Origin: Paragordius varius
Taxonomy: Eukaryota; Animalia; Nematomorpha
Direction of reading: 5' to 3'
Assembly: GCA_964247055.1 (NCBI GenBank)
Contig: OZ176056.1
Span: 6,572,001-6,636,000, forward strand
DNA: 64,000 nt
The translations under genes were made by a program, and so were the position numbers. Positions 48,989 to 62,600 of this stretch are shown piece by piece. How positions within the stretch are numbered: the stretch's first letter is position 1; every line of letters starts with the position of its first letter. The notes under the pieces are model-generated. The model searched no databases and was not told the DNA's origin. It was given only the letters and a program-made list of their open reading frames with translations.

Positions 48989-51900
48989 CATGGAGTAATT
49001 AAGTCTGTAAGCTATGATCCCGCAACTAGCTTTGATGATTATATCGATTATATAAATAGAATGTTAAAAGTGAAATTAATTCAAGAAATGGCGAAACAAA
49101 AAAAACTTATTATTGGCCTACATCGGTCTATCCCATATTCTAAAGTTGAAGAAATTAGAGGAAGTGGACTGGGATGCTTTGGTAGCGGCTGGAACAAAAC
49201 ATTTGCTCCGACATACAAGGTGTTTGCAGCCAGGTTCAAGTTTACGCAACTCCAGGGGGAAGCCACGGAATCAGTGATGGATTATTTGATTCGAGTAAAG
49301 GAATGTGCTGCCCGCTGCAACTTTGGGCAATATGCAATGCTAAGAATCAGAGATGGGTTTGTGGGAGGGTTACAACTCAAAAGATTGGAAATAGATCTGT
49401 TCACAAAATTTCCAGATGCAATGTTTGATGGGAAACCGGTTACGTTGGAGATGGTGGTAGAAATGGCAATGGCGTACGAAAAGGCGGACAGTTGTTTGAT
49501 TGATCAAGGTCCCGACAATAGGCAAGTTATGATGATAAGAAAAAAGTGTGGAAAATGTGGATACGTGCATGCGATCCACTGGTGTCCCGCTTCAAACAAA
49601 GAGTGTTACCGATGCAAAGGACGTGGTCATTTTGGCAGGTGTTGCCTGCGAGTTAATATACTGAATGGTAACAATAATAATAATGAAGCCCGAACGCAAG
49701 CAAGTCTGAATGGCCATTGGGTGAGGATGTTGTACGATACCCGAGCTCAAATATCATTGATTGGGAAAAGCACGTGGATAGAGATTGGAAGGCCAACATT
49801 AGCACCCGCGGGTCCTATAGTTGGGTCCAACCATCAAGGTGAAGAGGTGATGGGACAATGCGTGGTAGATGTGAAATGGAATGGTATGGTTAAACAGTTG
49901 GAATGTATGGTTACTAGGGAGGATTGGGGTAACATTTTTGGGTTACCGTGGATGAAAAGCTTCCAATGCAGATTTCCAGAGGCTGTATGTGTAAAAAATG
50001 TTAGTAACGTGGATTTAAATAAATTTAAGGATTTGTTTTGTGAGGGTATGGGGTGTTACACGGGATTACCCATCAAGTTGTTTCTCAAAAAAGGGAGTAT
50101 CCTTAAAAGATTTGCAGCCAGGAGGGTACCTATCCCCTACAGTCTAAGGTGGAGAGTGAATTAAAGAGGCTCGAAAGTCTGGGTATTATAGAATCCATAA
50201 ACCCCTCGCAAACACGAATTGACTGCGTAACTTCGTTGGTGATAGTTAAAAAGAATGAATGTGATATTCGCATATGTGGTGATTTTAGAGTTACTTTAAA
50301 CCCAAGTCTGGTTCCTGTAGATCATCTGATTCCAACGTTTGATCAGTTAGTGTTTAAAATCGGGCAGGGAAAAGTTTTTACGACCTTAGATCTAAAAGAA
50401 GCTTACTGGCAAATGCCGATACACCAAGATTATCAACATTTACTCACGTTTAGTTCACATATAGGTCTTTTTCGATTTAAGAGACTGCCATTTGAAATAT
50501 CTAGTGCACCCACGATATTTCAACAAATTATGGATGAGTTATTAAAAGATTGTCCAGGTAGGGCGGTTTACTTAGATGATGTAATTGTTAGTGGAAAATG
50601 AAGCATAAGGATAATTTAGAAAAAGTGTTGAACAAATTATCTGCTGTGAGTTTGAAAACAAAAAAAGATAAAATCCAATTAGCTCCTTCCTCAGAGTCAT
50701 ACTTAGGATATATAATTTCAGACAAAGGAATTAAACCTGATAACGAAAAAGTAAAAGCAATTTTGAATTGTCCTACACCTACCAATAAAACATCACTCCG
50801 GTCTTTTTTGGGAAAGTTAAATTTTCACGCTCGTTTTATTCCATCTTTGCATGCTACAATCGCGGACTTACATGCGCTTACAGGTTCTAAGAAATGGTGT
50901 TGGTCGACAAAAGAAGAGAGGGTTTTTGATAAAGCTAAACTGTTGGTGAGTAATGCATTATGTCTAATACCGTTTAACCCGAACCTTCCGTTAGTGTTGG
51001 AAACAGATGCATCGAACGGATTCGGAGCAGTCTTATCACATATGACAAGTGAGGGAAAACGGCCGATAGCTTTTGCGTCTCGAAAATGTGCGAAGGCAAA
51101 ACAACATTTCTCGGTAATTGAAAAAGAAGCAAGGGCAATTTTAAATGCGCTAGAAAAACTTATGTTTGTGTATGGCAGAAAGTTCGTATTATTAACCGAT
51201 CATAAACCCCTAATCAAGTTGTTTGGCTTTAAGAGAGATCTAAGTAATATTAACAATTGTAGATTAGTAAGATGAATACTCAGAACAGCCGATTATAATT
51301 TTAAATATATTAATGGTTCGGAAAATTTAGCGGATTGGTTTTATCGTCTACCGTATGAAGAACCGACTGAGGAAGTTGAGGAGCAAGCACCCAGGCAAAT
51401 CAACTTTCTAACAACTTATGCGTACAGCGAATGAAAGAAAATACTTTACGGGATGAGTTTTTGATGACATTAAAAGCGGCTGTACATCATAATGATTGGT
51501 CAGCTCCAATTTTAAATTCGATTTTGAGTATAAGAAACGAAATACAAGACAAGAATCATATGGTTTGTTGTATTGGGGCGATCGTCTATTTATTGCCAGG
51601 GCGTTGCGAAATGAAATGTTAAAATTTTTGCATGTTGGACATTCGGGGGCTTATGTAATGAAAAGGCTAGGGTTTATTGGCCAGGTATAAACCCAGACAT
51701 TGAAAATTATGTGAGATCTTGTATGGGGTGTCAGTTAAACCGGAGTAACATAAAAAGCAATCCAACGTACAAATGGAATTTTAATACGGGTATCTGGAAA
51801 GAATACATCTTGATATTGTCGGTCATAAAGATGGGTTGTATTGGTTAGTAGCTATCGATAGTAGCTCCAGATGGGTTGAAGTCGATATGCTAAGAACTGT

Positions 51901-52629
51901 TAATTCTGGAAACATATTACATTGGTTAGAAATTTGGTGTGTAAGGTACGGGTTTCCCCGAATGATAATTACCGATAATGCATCATATTTTGCATCGAAG
52001 GATTTTAAAGATACCTTGTAACGAGCAAACATCAAACATGTCACTATAGTGCCCCCTATCATCCACGAACAAATGGGCTGGTGAAACGGATTTACACCTT
52101 AAAAGCACACTATAAATCGCTAACGGATTCTAAGCTGACTCCTGACAAAAAAATAAATCAAGTGTTATGGGGTTATCGCTCCGCCGTACATAGCGCCACA
52201 AAAGAGTGCCCGTATAACTTATTTCTGAAAAGACATATTAATACCCCCTTCTCTTGGGTTAGCGAAACACCCGCAAAACAATTAGAGGACGACATAATAC
52301 CCAATCAAGTGTTTAGACCGGACGAAGAATTGTACATAAAGAATGAAATCAATTCAGGGTGGCGAAAAGGTTCAATTTTGGAGAGAACAGGGGTACTCTC
52401 GTACACGGTTAAAGATGGAAATCGAACACTTCGCAAGCATGCGGATCAATTACGGCCGACCGGAGTCGAGAACGGCGGAGAGGAGGATGATAATTTAACG
52501 AGAAACCAAACAGATGAAGGGATTACAACCAATAATCGGGAGGTGGGGGAGGAACCAAGCAAAGAAAAAGAAAACGAGAAAGACACCCAGGTTAAAATAA
52601 GAACGGAAAAGACAACTGAGAAAACCTGA
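48989..52629 (+). pseudogene. Disrupted gag-pol of the LTR element
   Basis: Split across ORFs 48926..50164, 50149..50601, 50598..51275 and smaller pieces. Protease DTG reads DTR, and the integrase NGL.ER motif reads NGLVKR. Confidence 0.92.
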
Positions 52630-52689
52630 AAGGAGATATCCTCTGGGAAAGAAAAGCACCAGATCGGCTCGGATTTGGATAAGGAGATA

Positions 52690-52915
52690 TGATAGATTAG
52701 AATACATCAAGTTAGCTAACTTTAGGCGAGACAAATTTATATATTACATTTGAATACAGGAGTTAAACTATTGTATCAATTTTGTATTTACCTGCACACG
52801 ATATTTTACCTTGGTTTAACATGTAAACATTATATTCACAAAAAGTATTGATAGTTTAGATTTTGCATTTTATCTCAATAAATATTATTGTTTTACGATT
52901 TCTCGATTTACTACA
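52690..52915 (+). repeat. 3' LTR (226 bp)
   Basis: About 10 substitutions and about 40 nt shorter relative to the 5' LTR. Confidence 0.93.
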
Positions 52916-55233
52916 GTCTCCTAATAAATATGACGGAAAATGCTGTCTTTATATAAATAAACATAGTTTAATTAACTTTAATATGCGTTAAATTTTTTCC
53001 ATTAAAATTAATATTTTGTCAGATTGGCCAAATTAAACTTCATAGATTTGTTTTCAGTGCAGTTTGCGATAAATTTATAAAATTTATATTTAAATTTAAC
53101 GCATAAAATTTATAAAATATAGTGATAATTTTACCCAAAAGCTAATTTACAATTGAATATAATATTACAAAATATTGCCACATTATATATAAATATATTA
53201 GGAGTAAAGAGGTTAAAATTTTGGTCTAATAGCTCACATATTGAAAATTGATAATTAATATTCAATAAAAATATATTGATAAAATAAATAAAATTTAATT
53301 TTCATATGTATGTATATGCCATTATTGATGATATAATAAAAAATATTTGGCGACAAAAGTTTGAGGTTTTTTGTACAATAATAAAATTTTATTTTTCAAA
53401 ATTTGCGCCTAACAGGTCATAGAATGCATATTTTTAATATGGTACAATATAATAAATAAAGACATCTATCCCCCAAATAGCAAATGAGCATTCTATATAT
53501 TTATTTAAAAAATTGTTATAATTGTCGATAAGTTAAATAGATGCGACACAATGCTTTTCTCTATTTTTAATGATAGATAATGCCACTTCTTATATTGAAA
53601 TTTTTTTGCATATACTCTATTAAAACTATGATATTTATTGAAAAAGAATATATAATTTGATGACCATATATATTATTTAAGTGAATCATGTTATTAACCT
53701 GCTATTTAGCATAACAAATCAATTTATATTATAACTGGTTTACCTCACTCTAAGTTTCTATGAGTTTATAGACTTTCTTTTTCTTATCAAAGAGCAAGTG
53801 CTAAATTTTGCTCAGCGCTGACAGTGTAAATGGAACAATAGGGAGTTTTGGGGTTCAATGTCTAACATACTCACATGCATATTGGGGAGTCCGGCGCCCT
53901 ACTTATTATACTATCAAACTTTCAAGACCTAAGTATTCTATTATCTTATAAGTATAACTCCATGACACCAATATAAAAAATAGTTTCATTTTTATTGTCC
54001 TATATTGAATCCATTATTTAATTATAATGCCTTAAATCAATTTAATTCCAACCATCAACCGATATAAATAATAATAGTAACCAAACTAAATAAAATTTTT
54101 TATAGATTATAAAATTTTTTTATTTAAGATGAATACCATAGATAAACCCAATTTTGTCCATAATTCATACATTTTGTGAGTAATGATAAATTCAATTTTT
54201 AAAATAGCGGTACGAGATATAATGATTTGCAAATATATGCCGAATTTCGAATGGTAATTGAGTTAAAAAACTTCAATAAAATATACCTTTTGTTTCTGCA
54301 ACAAGCCTTTTCTTCATATATTATTGGAATATGGTTTGAATAGTGCAATGTTTTAATTCGGATCGCCCTTTTCCTTTGTAACATATCAAAAGAATCAAAT
54401 TTACAATGATGGTGATGAGTAGAAAAAAATATATAACTTTATAGTTTTTTAGATAAACAGAATTGGATTTATATTTTCTAAATTACAGCAGATGAAAAAC
54501 ATTTGACCTAACTCTTTCTAAACTCTACTAAAAATTTGAAAGTAACCATACAAACCACATTTCCATTTGCTTTGTAGGAAATTTGCATTACACCACATCT
54601 CTATGTGATTACAACACACTATTCCTTAGTAAATCCTTTGCTCACTTATCTTGATATATATAATAACATATTTATAAATTATATCTAGATGAATAGAAAA
54701 TGCAGTTTGTTATCCTTTTATATAATTTTTCATACTATTCTCTGAATACTAATAATAGAGTGTTCTTCTGAAAATTTAAGCTTTGAAATTTTGCCATTTT
54801 TAAAACATAGTGGAATCGTAAGCCTAATGCTTTCAACGGTTATACGCAGCAACCATAGTTCTAACTTATAGATCTAGCCTTTATAATACAAAGTAAATGT
54901 GGAAAATGTGTAAATTGCAACAAACGAAACGATTTTATATCAATTGTATAGCCCCCTTTATATTTTTCCAATAATATTTATATAAATTATATATTTTTAA
55001 TGGAAAATTCTGATTTAGTCTGCATAAATTACGGACATGTAACATATAATGCTTGTAATAAAAAAAGACTACTATTGAAATGGAATATAAATTAAATATT
55101 TAGTATTGTGTAATTTAGAGTAGTAGCATTATCAAAAGAAAAGTTTAGCGGTTTTTTCTGCATAGATAAAAACCTTAATATGGCTGAATTATTTTGTTTA
55201 AGCCACGTTATCACAAAATCTTATTGTTGAGAG

Positions 55234-55491
55234 CAGGGGTGTCCAGCATTGCGGCCTGCAAAAACCAAATAAATACGGGTCTACATATTGCAAAATATCT
55301 TAGCAAAATTTAAATTTCCCAAATATCTGAATGGCATAAAGCAAAAATTAACGAAATAAATTACATGTGTTTTCATTTTTAATACCTTCTGTTTAAAATC
55401 TAAAATTTTATTAATATATTTTATTTCAATACGACCTGCCGGAATTTTTGAGTCACAGATGCGACCCACAAAGCCATTTCGTACACCCCTA
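55234..55491. mobile_element. hAT MITE, same group
   Basis: CAGGGGTGTCCA...GTACACCCCTA; TSD not clear. Confidence 0.7.
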
Positions 55492-57784
55492 TTTTTGAGT
55501 ATTTATTTTACAGAATATCATTTCATCAACTGTATTTTATATTATGTTATCACTTATTCCATTTTAACAGCACATAAACTTTAAATTTAGTTTTTGAAAC
55601 GGAAGGTTTTAAAACTGCTTTTATAGAATTTGACTTTTTCAAATAAATTTATTATTTAAGACATGTTTGTTTCCTAATATTCAGAGTTAGCTATATTAAA
55701 ACTTTCTTTTGCTAATATGATTTAAACGTGTTTTCTTTAAATCCTTTATATTTGACTATATCTTTGTATAAAAAACAATGAGAAATGTCTTTTTCATAAG
55801 GAGCTTAAAGGTTTAAATTAGAGATAATCCAAAATTTTGAAATGTCGTGTATAAAATATATATTATAACAAAAATATCATCTTAAAAATATGAGATGCTT
55901 ATCGTCAAGAAAAAGCATTTTTAGCCATTTTATCTTTGTCTATATCATTTTTGATTTTAATTTGGAGCATCTTTAGTGTGTTTAATCTTATGTCTTACTC
56001 ATGTATCACTATAAATTAAAATTTAGTGCTAATATTTACCAGTTTTATCTTTTTTATTATCATCCTTTATTTAAATAATTTAAAAATATTATAATCAATG
56101 TTAGCTGTACCCCAATATGTGCATGACATATCGACACTTCATTCCGGTTTTATTTTTTGAAGCGATTGCGATTAACTTCAACTTGAAAGTTTGTTCCTGT
56201 ATTAGAGGCTTTTATTTTTAGTTTTTGCAGAAATCATAATTGGAATACCTCCGAAATCCAATTTAAACCAACAGCTGATCTAAAAATTATAAATGAAAAC
56301 TTTGCTGCAAATATGTAATTTGAAAGTTAAAATAAAGTATTTACATATTTTCACCATAAAATGCATTTATTTGTCTGTGGATTACCTTTGTTAAAAATTA
56401 TTAAAAAATATCGGGCGAAAAGTTTATTATAAAATTTATTTTATAATTTAACATTTTTTAAAAAGTTTTTGCGCTAAAAAGGCTGAAAATTGCAAATAAT
56501 AGATTCAGTTATAATATAATGATTCTCCAGCTTTATTAAACGAAATAGCAACATTATAAACCAATGGTGCCAATATATCTGAAATTTTTACTCTTTTTTC
56601 AAATTTATTCCTATCTTACAAAATTTAGCTATTCGTGATTTTTTTGTGAACTTCCTATTGAGACCAAAAATAAATGAATTGAAACTGTGATTTGATTTTC
56701 AAGCAAAAAAATATGGAACATCAACGTATATTTTTGCTTTCTTATATACGGAAAAAAAATAAGCGGTTTTTTGGAAAAAATATAAAGAGTTATCCTCACA
56801 AAAACTTGAACAAATCTCAACCTACAACTTAAAAATTAATTTTTAAGGCAACATTATATAAAGTTTTATTGTTTAAAAATTGAAAAAAAACAAGTTCCAT
56901 TATAAATTTATTTCGGTGTTGGGTTTTCCTAATAAGTTGTGACAATTTGATCATGATCATATGTATATATATATATATATATATAAATAAAATATTGCAC
57001 ATGTTGAAAAATATTAATAAATATAAATTAATATTTAAAAAATAAAAAAAAATTATGTAATGAGAAATGTTTGTGACCGTTTATGAGAGATTTTGCGTAA
57101 TTTTTGGTCATTAAAGTATTTGATTGTGACAGATTTACAGCAAGAAATGATAGTTTGTTTATAACTGGTAGATTTATATCTAAAATAAAAATATATTAAT
57201 TACACTAGGATACAACACATTCATTTCAGTCCTTTGATTCAAATTGGGGTACTTGGATACCCCAGGCCTGTTTAAAATTAAATATTTCCAAAAATATGGA
57301 AGGAATCGAAGCATAGCAAGAGTTTGCACTTATGTAACAATAATTCACCAAATTATAAAAAAATTCAATCAAAAATTCTTGATATTGCTTATAAAATTAA
57401 AAGGTAAAATTTAGTCAACTATCATGTGTGCATTAGTTAAATTTACAATTATACAAAATAAACCACTTTTTCTGTTTCTATCAATGTTAGATGCGATCTA
57501 AATAAGAAATTAGATTATATTTAGCGTTAGAATCAATAAACACGATCGAAGTAGTATATGGAACTTTTTTTTCAAAACTAAATATTATTTAGATATTTCG
57601 GCTAACTATATAATTTTTATTAGGATTTCAGCATAAATTTAAATTGGGGACCGTTTTCAGTATTTTTTGGAAAATATGAACTTAAATTTAGTCTGGGGTA
57701 TTTAGGTACCCCAATTTGAAATATTATATATAATAATAATGTTTACTTAAAAAAAATAATTATTTAAACCTGGAATAAATATTT

Positions 57785-59685
57785 TTATTCACAAGCTAAT
57801 TTGGAATCAAAACTGCTAAGGGCAACCGCAAATGCTTGGACCGCGCACATTGGGTAACTATAATCCATGGTGAATCCATCGTCGGAAATACGGCCGAATT
57901 GCATGAAAATATAATTTGCTAAAAAAAAATTTTTTATTTAATTATTTCAATTTAAAGTCTTACTATGTGTGTTTATTTAACACACATCATAAATAATTTA
58001 AGTAAATAAAAACTTTGAAAATAATTTTTTGAATCATAATATGGATGAAATATATACGGTCATTATCGTGAATGATTTGAAAATTTTTGACGGAGGCTTG
58101 GGTCACTCTTCCATGAAAATTCAACACATAAGACTGGGTGTCTGATTTTGCGATATATATATATATATATATAATATTTAATGTGTAGCTATTTTAATTC
58201 AATTTATAACCCATTTTAAAAATAATTTAACAAAAATATTTGCAAATGAATTTGACTAGGAAAATATAAGTTATATGTCGAAAACTAGGTACTAAAAAAC
58301 AATTTAATCCAAATATATAAAATGACAAGATTTTCAATTGTTTAATAAATATAATGTTTAATCAATCAATATACCATCATTCCATAATGGAGTTTTATTC
58401 TTCAACTCTAGTATACAATCCATTTCATGCCGCTTCCAGCGTTCAGTAAGTGATTCATATTCCTATAAATAAATGAATTTTAGATAAGGTTTGGTTTCGA
58501 CAAGCCGTAAAATAAAAACCGATTTGTTTACTTGAATAGAATATAGTCAATTATTAAATTTACGAGAAATATAAAAAAGATGTTCCCATTAATAATAAAG
58601 TTAATGTTTAAATTAGTTTCTATACTCCCAGAATGAATTTATTAAATTTAAATATAACGATAAATTTAAGCACCATGTTCCTTGATGCATTCGAACCAAA
58701 TCAAGTAAACACAATTGGAGATTATCCAAAGTTAAATAAGATATTTGTTTTATTACTCTTCAAGTAAGCTTAAATGGGTATTGTATATTTAAACTTTAAT
58801 GAAAACAGAAAAGGGTTGATATGTATGTATTTTAAGTTAAATAAAAAAGTGGTGTTTTGGTAATAAAAATTATATTTTGCATTTTTACTTACATTTCTAG
58901 ATATAATATCGATTCGTTCATTGTCAAGATTCATGCCTGGTATAATGACTGTCATTTTACGTGGACCCTTAAAACCCAAAACATTTGTATCCTATTTATT
59001 AATAAAATTTTAATTGATTCAAACATTTTAGATAAATATAGGTTTTATATTACATAAACAATGGCGGCTAATTCTTTGCGAACAGGAGCACCAGTGATTA
59101 TTGCCTGTTTGTAATTTTCCCCATGATCAAAAACGGTGAAAGCTGTCCCCAACATATTGGATCTAGAATAGAAATATTATTAGAATATATATATAAATAT
59201 GTATACCATTTACAGTTCGAATTCACCCTTGAACAATTCAAATCACCTTAAAAATTAATTATGTGTTTTCGAACTAATATAACTCATTATTGATATGAAA
59301 TATATCTTTATGGCCTAATTTATTTTTTTCAGTATTTTAATTCAGAAAAAATTTTATTTCTTAAAAATATATAAATGTGTAATATTTAATTTAAAAAAAA
59401 TATTTTATTTAAAGGTGAATTTGAATTGTTAGAGGGTGAATCAGAATTGTAAATGGTATATATATTTTGCTCAATATATTGTATATTAAATAAAAATAAT
59501 ACATACCTTTAACCTAGAATGGTTTAAAAAAGTATTAATGCGTTAATTTATAATTTCCCTATAAAATGTTACCTTAATTTTCCAACGAATGATTCACCTC
59601 CGCGTGTTAAATCGGTTGGATCAATGGATATAAGGTAGTTGGATGTTTTACTTTTTTTTCGTTTCCTCGCCGCCAAAAGAAAAAC
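57785..59685 (-). CDS. TUB: Six tubby-domain exons to the stop codon
   Basis: Near-identity to the tubby-domain consensus across all six exons. Confidence 0.96.
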
Positions 59686-62600
59686 CTAATTTCATAAATG
59701 TTGTACCCATATATTTTTATTTTAATTAGATGTTTTTCAAAACTAAACTATACCATATAAATAATTTAATATTATTCGGGAAAAATAAAAGAAATTTGCT
59801 AAAAATATTCCCACTTTTTTTCCATCATCCCGTTCCAAATGTAGGTAATAGGTTGGAAACATTCCTTTATCCATTCCCTTTTTGTCACGAGTTATGCGAC
59901 AACGTACGACACATTCCTTGGGTGCTGGCATCAGGGAAAATCTTTCCAAATTCTCCGTTATTTCATGCAGAGGAGGCAATAAGGAATCATTGTTCGATGT
60001 AGAAGTATCCAAATTGGTAGTCATAACCTCAGAGCCAAACTGGGTATCAGGTTCCACATCTTCCAGAGACGAGGTGTCATCATTTTCATTATTATTCTTA
60101 TGGGTGTCAACATTAGTTATGGTGTGTGTTGAACCATTCTCCATATTAGACTCTTGCCGGTCTTGTTGTAGGTTATATGATGTTTTGGACGATAACAAGG
60201 CATTGGTATCTTCCTCAGTTATGTCCTGTTTCGCAAATGAGTAACTTTTTCTTGACCGAGATTTTCCGTGTTTATTTCGGTGTTTTGATGTAGGCGAATT
60301 TTGCTGAGTTTCATGGTATGCTTTACGATCTTTGGTGATTGCCGTTTGTTCTTTGGCTTTAAGTGTATCGGATTGCTCCTAAAACAAATAATTTGTAAGC
60401 GTATATGGTTACCATTTTAAAAAAAATAAAAATATGTTTACCTTAATCTCACCATTCAAAGATTCGTTTGAGCCAATTAAACCATGATTATCAGTACTCC
60501 GTTTTGAACCATTTACAAAGGCTTTTTTGCTATACCCATTAATGTTTTTATGGGATGCCTTTTGTGTAGCTAAAACATCTATCGGATGAACAGGAGAATT
60601 CTGAGACATTGCCTCGGTTTCTTCTTCGTCACCAAACATAGCATTTCCAAAAGCTGTCAACCCTTTACCTGTAATGTTATAAATTTTATTAGATTTTTAT
60701 TCCAAATTATATTTTTCTTTATATTTCTTATTTTTTTATATTTTTTGATACTCTCAATTTTTTAAAATACATTTAATTTTAAATATTAATATCTTAATAA
60801 TTACCAAATAAACTAATTTTTTACAGTAAAACTAGGACTGTTTTAATAAAAATGTGATAAGCAGCTTTATATATAATATATGAAGTATTATGATGTATCC
60901 AAATCTGAGATATGCGGGAGATGTGACAGATACGGCTAAAATTACATAACTTGACAATATTTTGAACTATTTATTATAACGCCAGGTTGAATAAGGGTAT
61001 AACATTTAATAATAAAATCTGATTTTATTTTATTTATAAGACTCTATACCATTGCATATTTAAAAAAATATTCTACACATCGCTAGAAAGCATTCATTAT
61101 ATTAAACATGTAAGCGGGCCCAAAGCTTATATAAAAACTTTAATTAAAGATTTTGATTGATTAGGTCAGGGGCGTCCAACACAAATGGCTTTTCGGGCCG
61201 GATTTTTAAAATAAAAAATTTCAAAGGGTGAGATTCGGAAAATATGTGGGCATTAACAAATACTTTATTACTTAGACATAAGATTTTAAAAACAACTATT
61301 TACATTAACTTTTGCTAGTTCATAGCCAAATTCGGAAATAATTATCAGCAAATTACTTTAAGAAAATATTTTATTTAATTTCGTAAAGCTTGGTATTTGA
61401 AATTTCTCGTTGGCCACAGAAATATTTTAGGAGGCCGCATGTTGGCCATTCTAGGGTTAAGTGATTACCCTAATTGATACCCAATCTTTTAAATAAATAC
61501 AGTAATTGCTAAAAAAATAAAAAAGGTAATTAATAGTTCAAAGTCAAACCCTTTATAAAATTCCCGTCAATGTCTTCAGAGTAATTTGAGCCAGCAGTAG
61601 AATTTGGTATAAGCGCCGCCATTGACGAACTATGTCTGTTTTGGCGCTTCTTGAAATGCATATTACCTTATTATGTATATGTAAAAAATTTAAATAGCAT
61701 TTATTATTATACATTTACCTTATTTGTGAAATATAAAATTATACCCGTTTTGGATGCTCGGTCTGGTACTTGCGGTATGATATTTTCTTCGATTAATTTA
61801 TTTTTGTCTTTTGAATAATTTTTGGAATCTGTGATGATGGCATTTTTCTTATATTTATGATTTGTTTGATTATCATTGGTATTGGATTGAGTTTGAGCAT
61901 CTAAATAAATATTAGGCCTTAGTTTTTAGAATTTCTTTGCTAAAATACAAAAAAAAACAAAATCTGTCTTATAAAAAGTTCTTTGATAAGCGGTTAGTTG
62001 GTTGGTTGTTTATTTTATTATAATATTCAACCCTTCCTGTAACTATATTTCAGTTTTTAGAATCCATATAAAATTTATTATTTAGTTTTGACGACTTTAT
62101 GCTTAAGCATCTGGATACTAGAAGATTTTTGTGATTATCTTATACAAATGTAAATGGTTATGACTGAATGACGCGCCACAATATAAAAGAGAGGAATATT
62201 TGCGCAGATAATCCAGCAATTTTAAATATATCAAACATTGAAATAATCAAGTTTTGGTATTAATGCCGTATTATTTTAATGTTATGCCCCATCATAAGTT
62301 AAATGCCCATTTAAAAAGAATTCCACTATATTCTGAAAAAGACAACAAAACTAGGGAATAAATTTCGATATGATAATGCAATAAGATAAATGTTAAAAAT
62401 TTTCTTTTTTCCAAGTTATAGGCAGTTATACTCAAGCCGCGGTCTTAAAGTTTTTTATGGCCCTAAAATATTATTTTTATGATGTACTTATTTGGATAAA
62501 TATCTGCACATGTGTTCAAGAGTTATAAAATATTTACGGGTATTATATGTTGCAAGGACCTCAACTTTTAGCTAGTTACTTGTGCCATAAAAAATGTTTT

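Larger units (their letters stand above)
48688..52915 (+). mobile_element. Full-length, degenerate Ty3/Gypsy LTR retrotransposon (probably Mag/K02A2.6-like)
   Basis: LTRs at 48688-48953 and 52690-52915 (TG...CA). PBS-like TGGCG after the 5' LTR and a purine tract before the 3' LTR. Flanks GTGTC/GTCTC suggest a 5-bp TSD with one mismatch. Domain order gag (Cys-rich knuckles incl. CYRCKGRGHFGRCC), protease, RT (YLDD), RNase H (ETDAS), integrase is gypsy-type. Confidence 0.95.

Noticed and set aside
50140-50170. Programmed ribosomal frameshift between gag-protease and RT
   Set aside because: The break falls inside a normally continuous pol segment, no slippery heptamer is evident, and the element has many other lesions, so this is decay.
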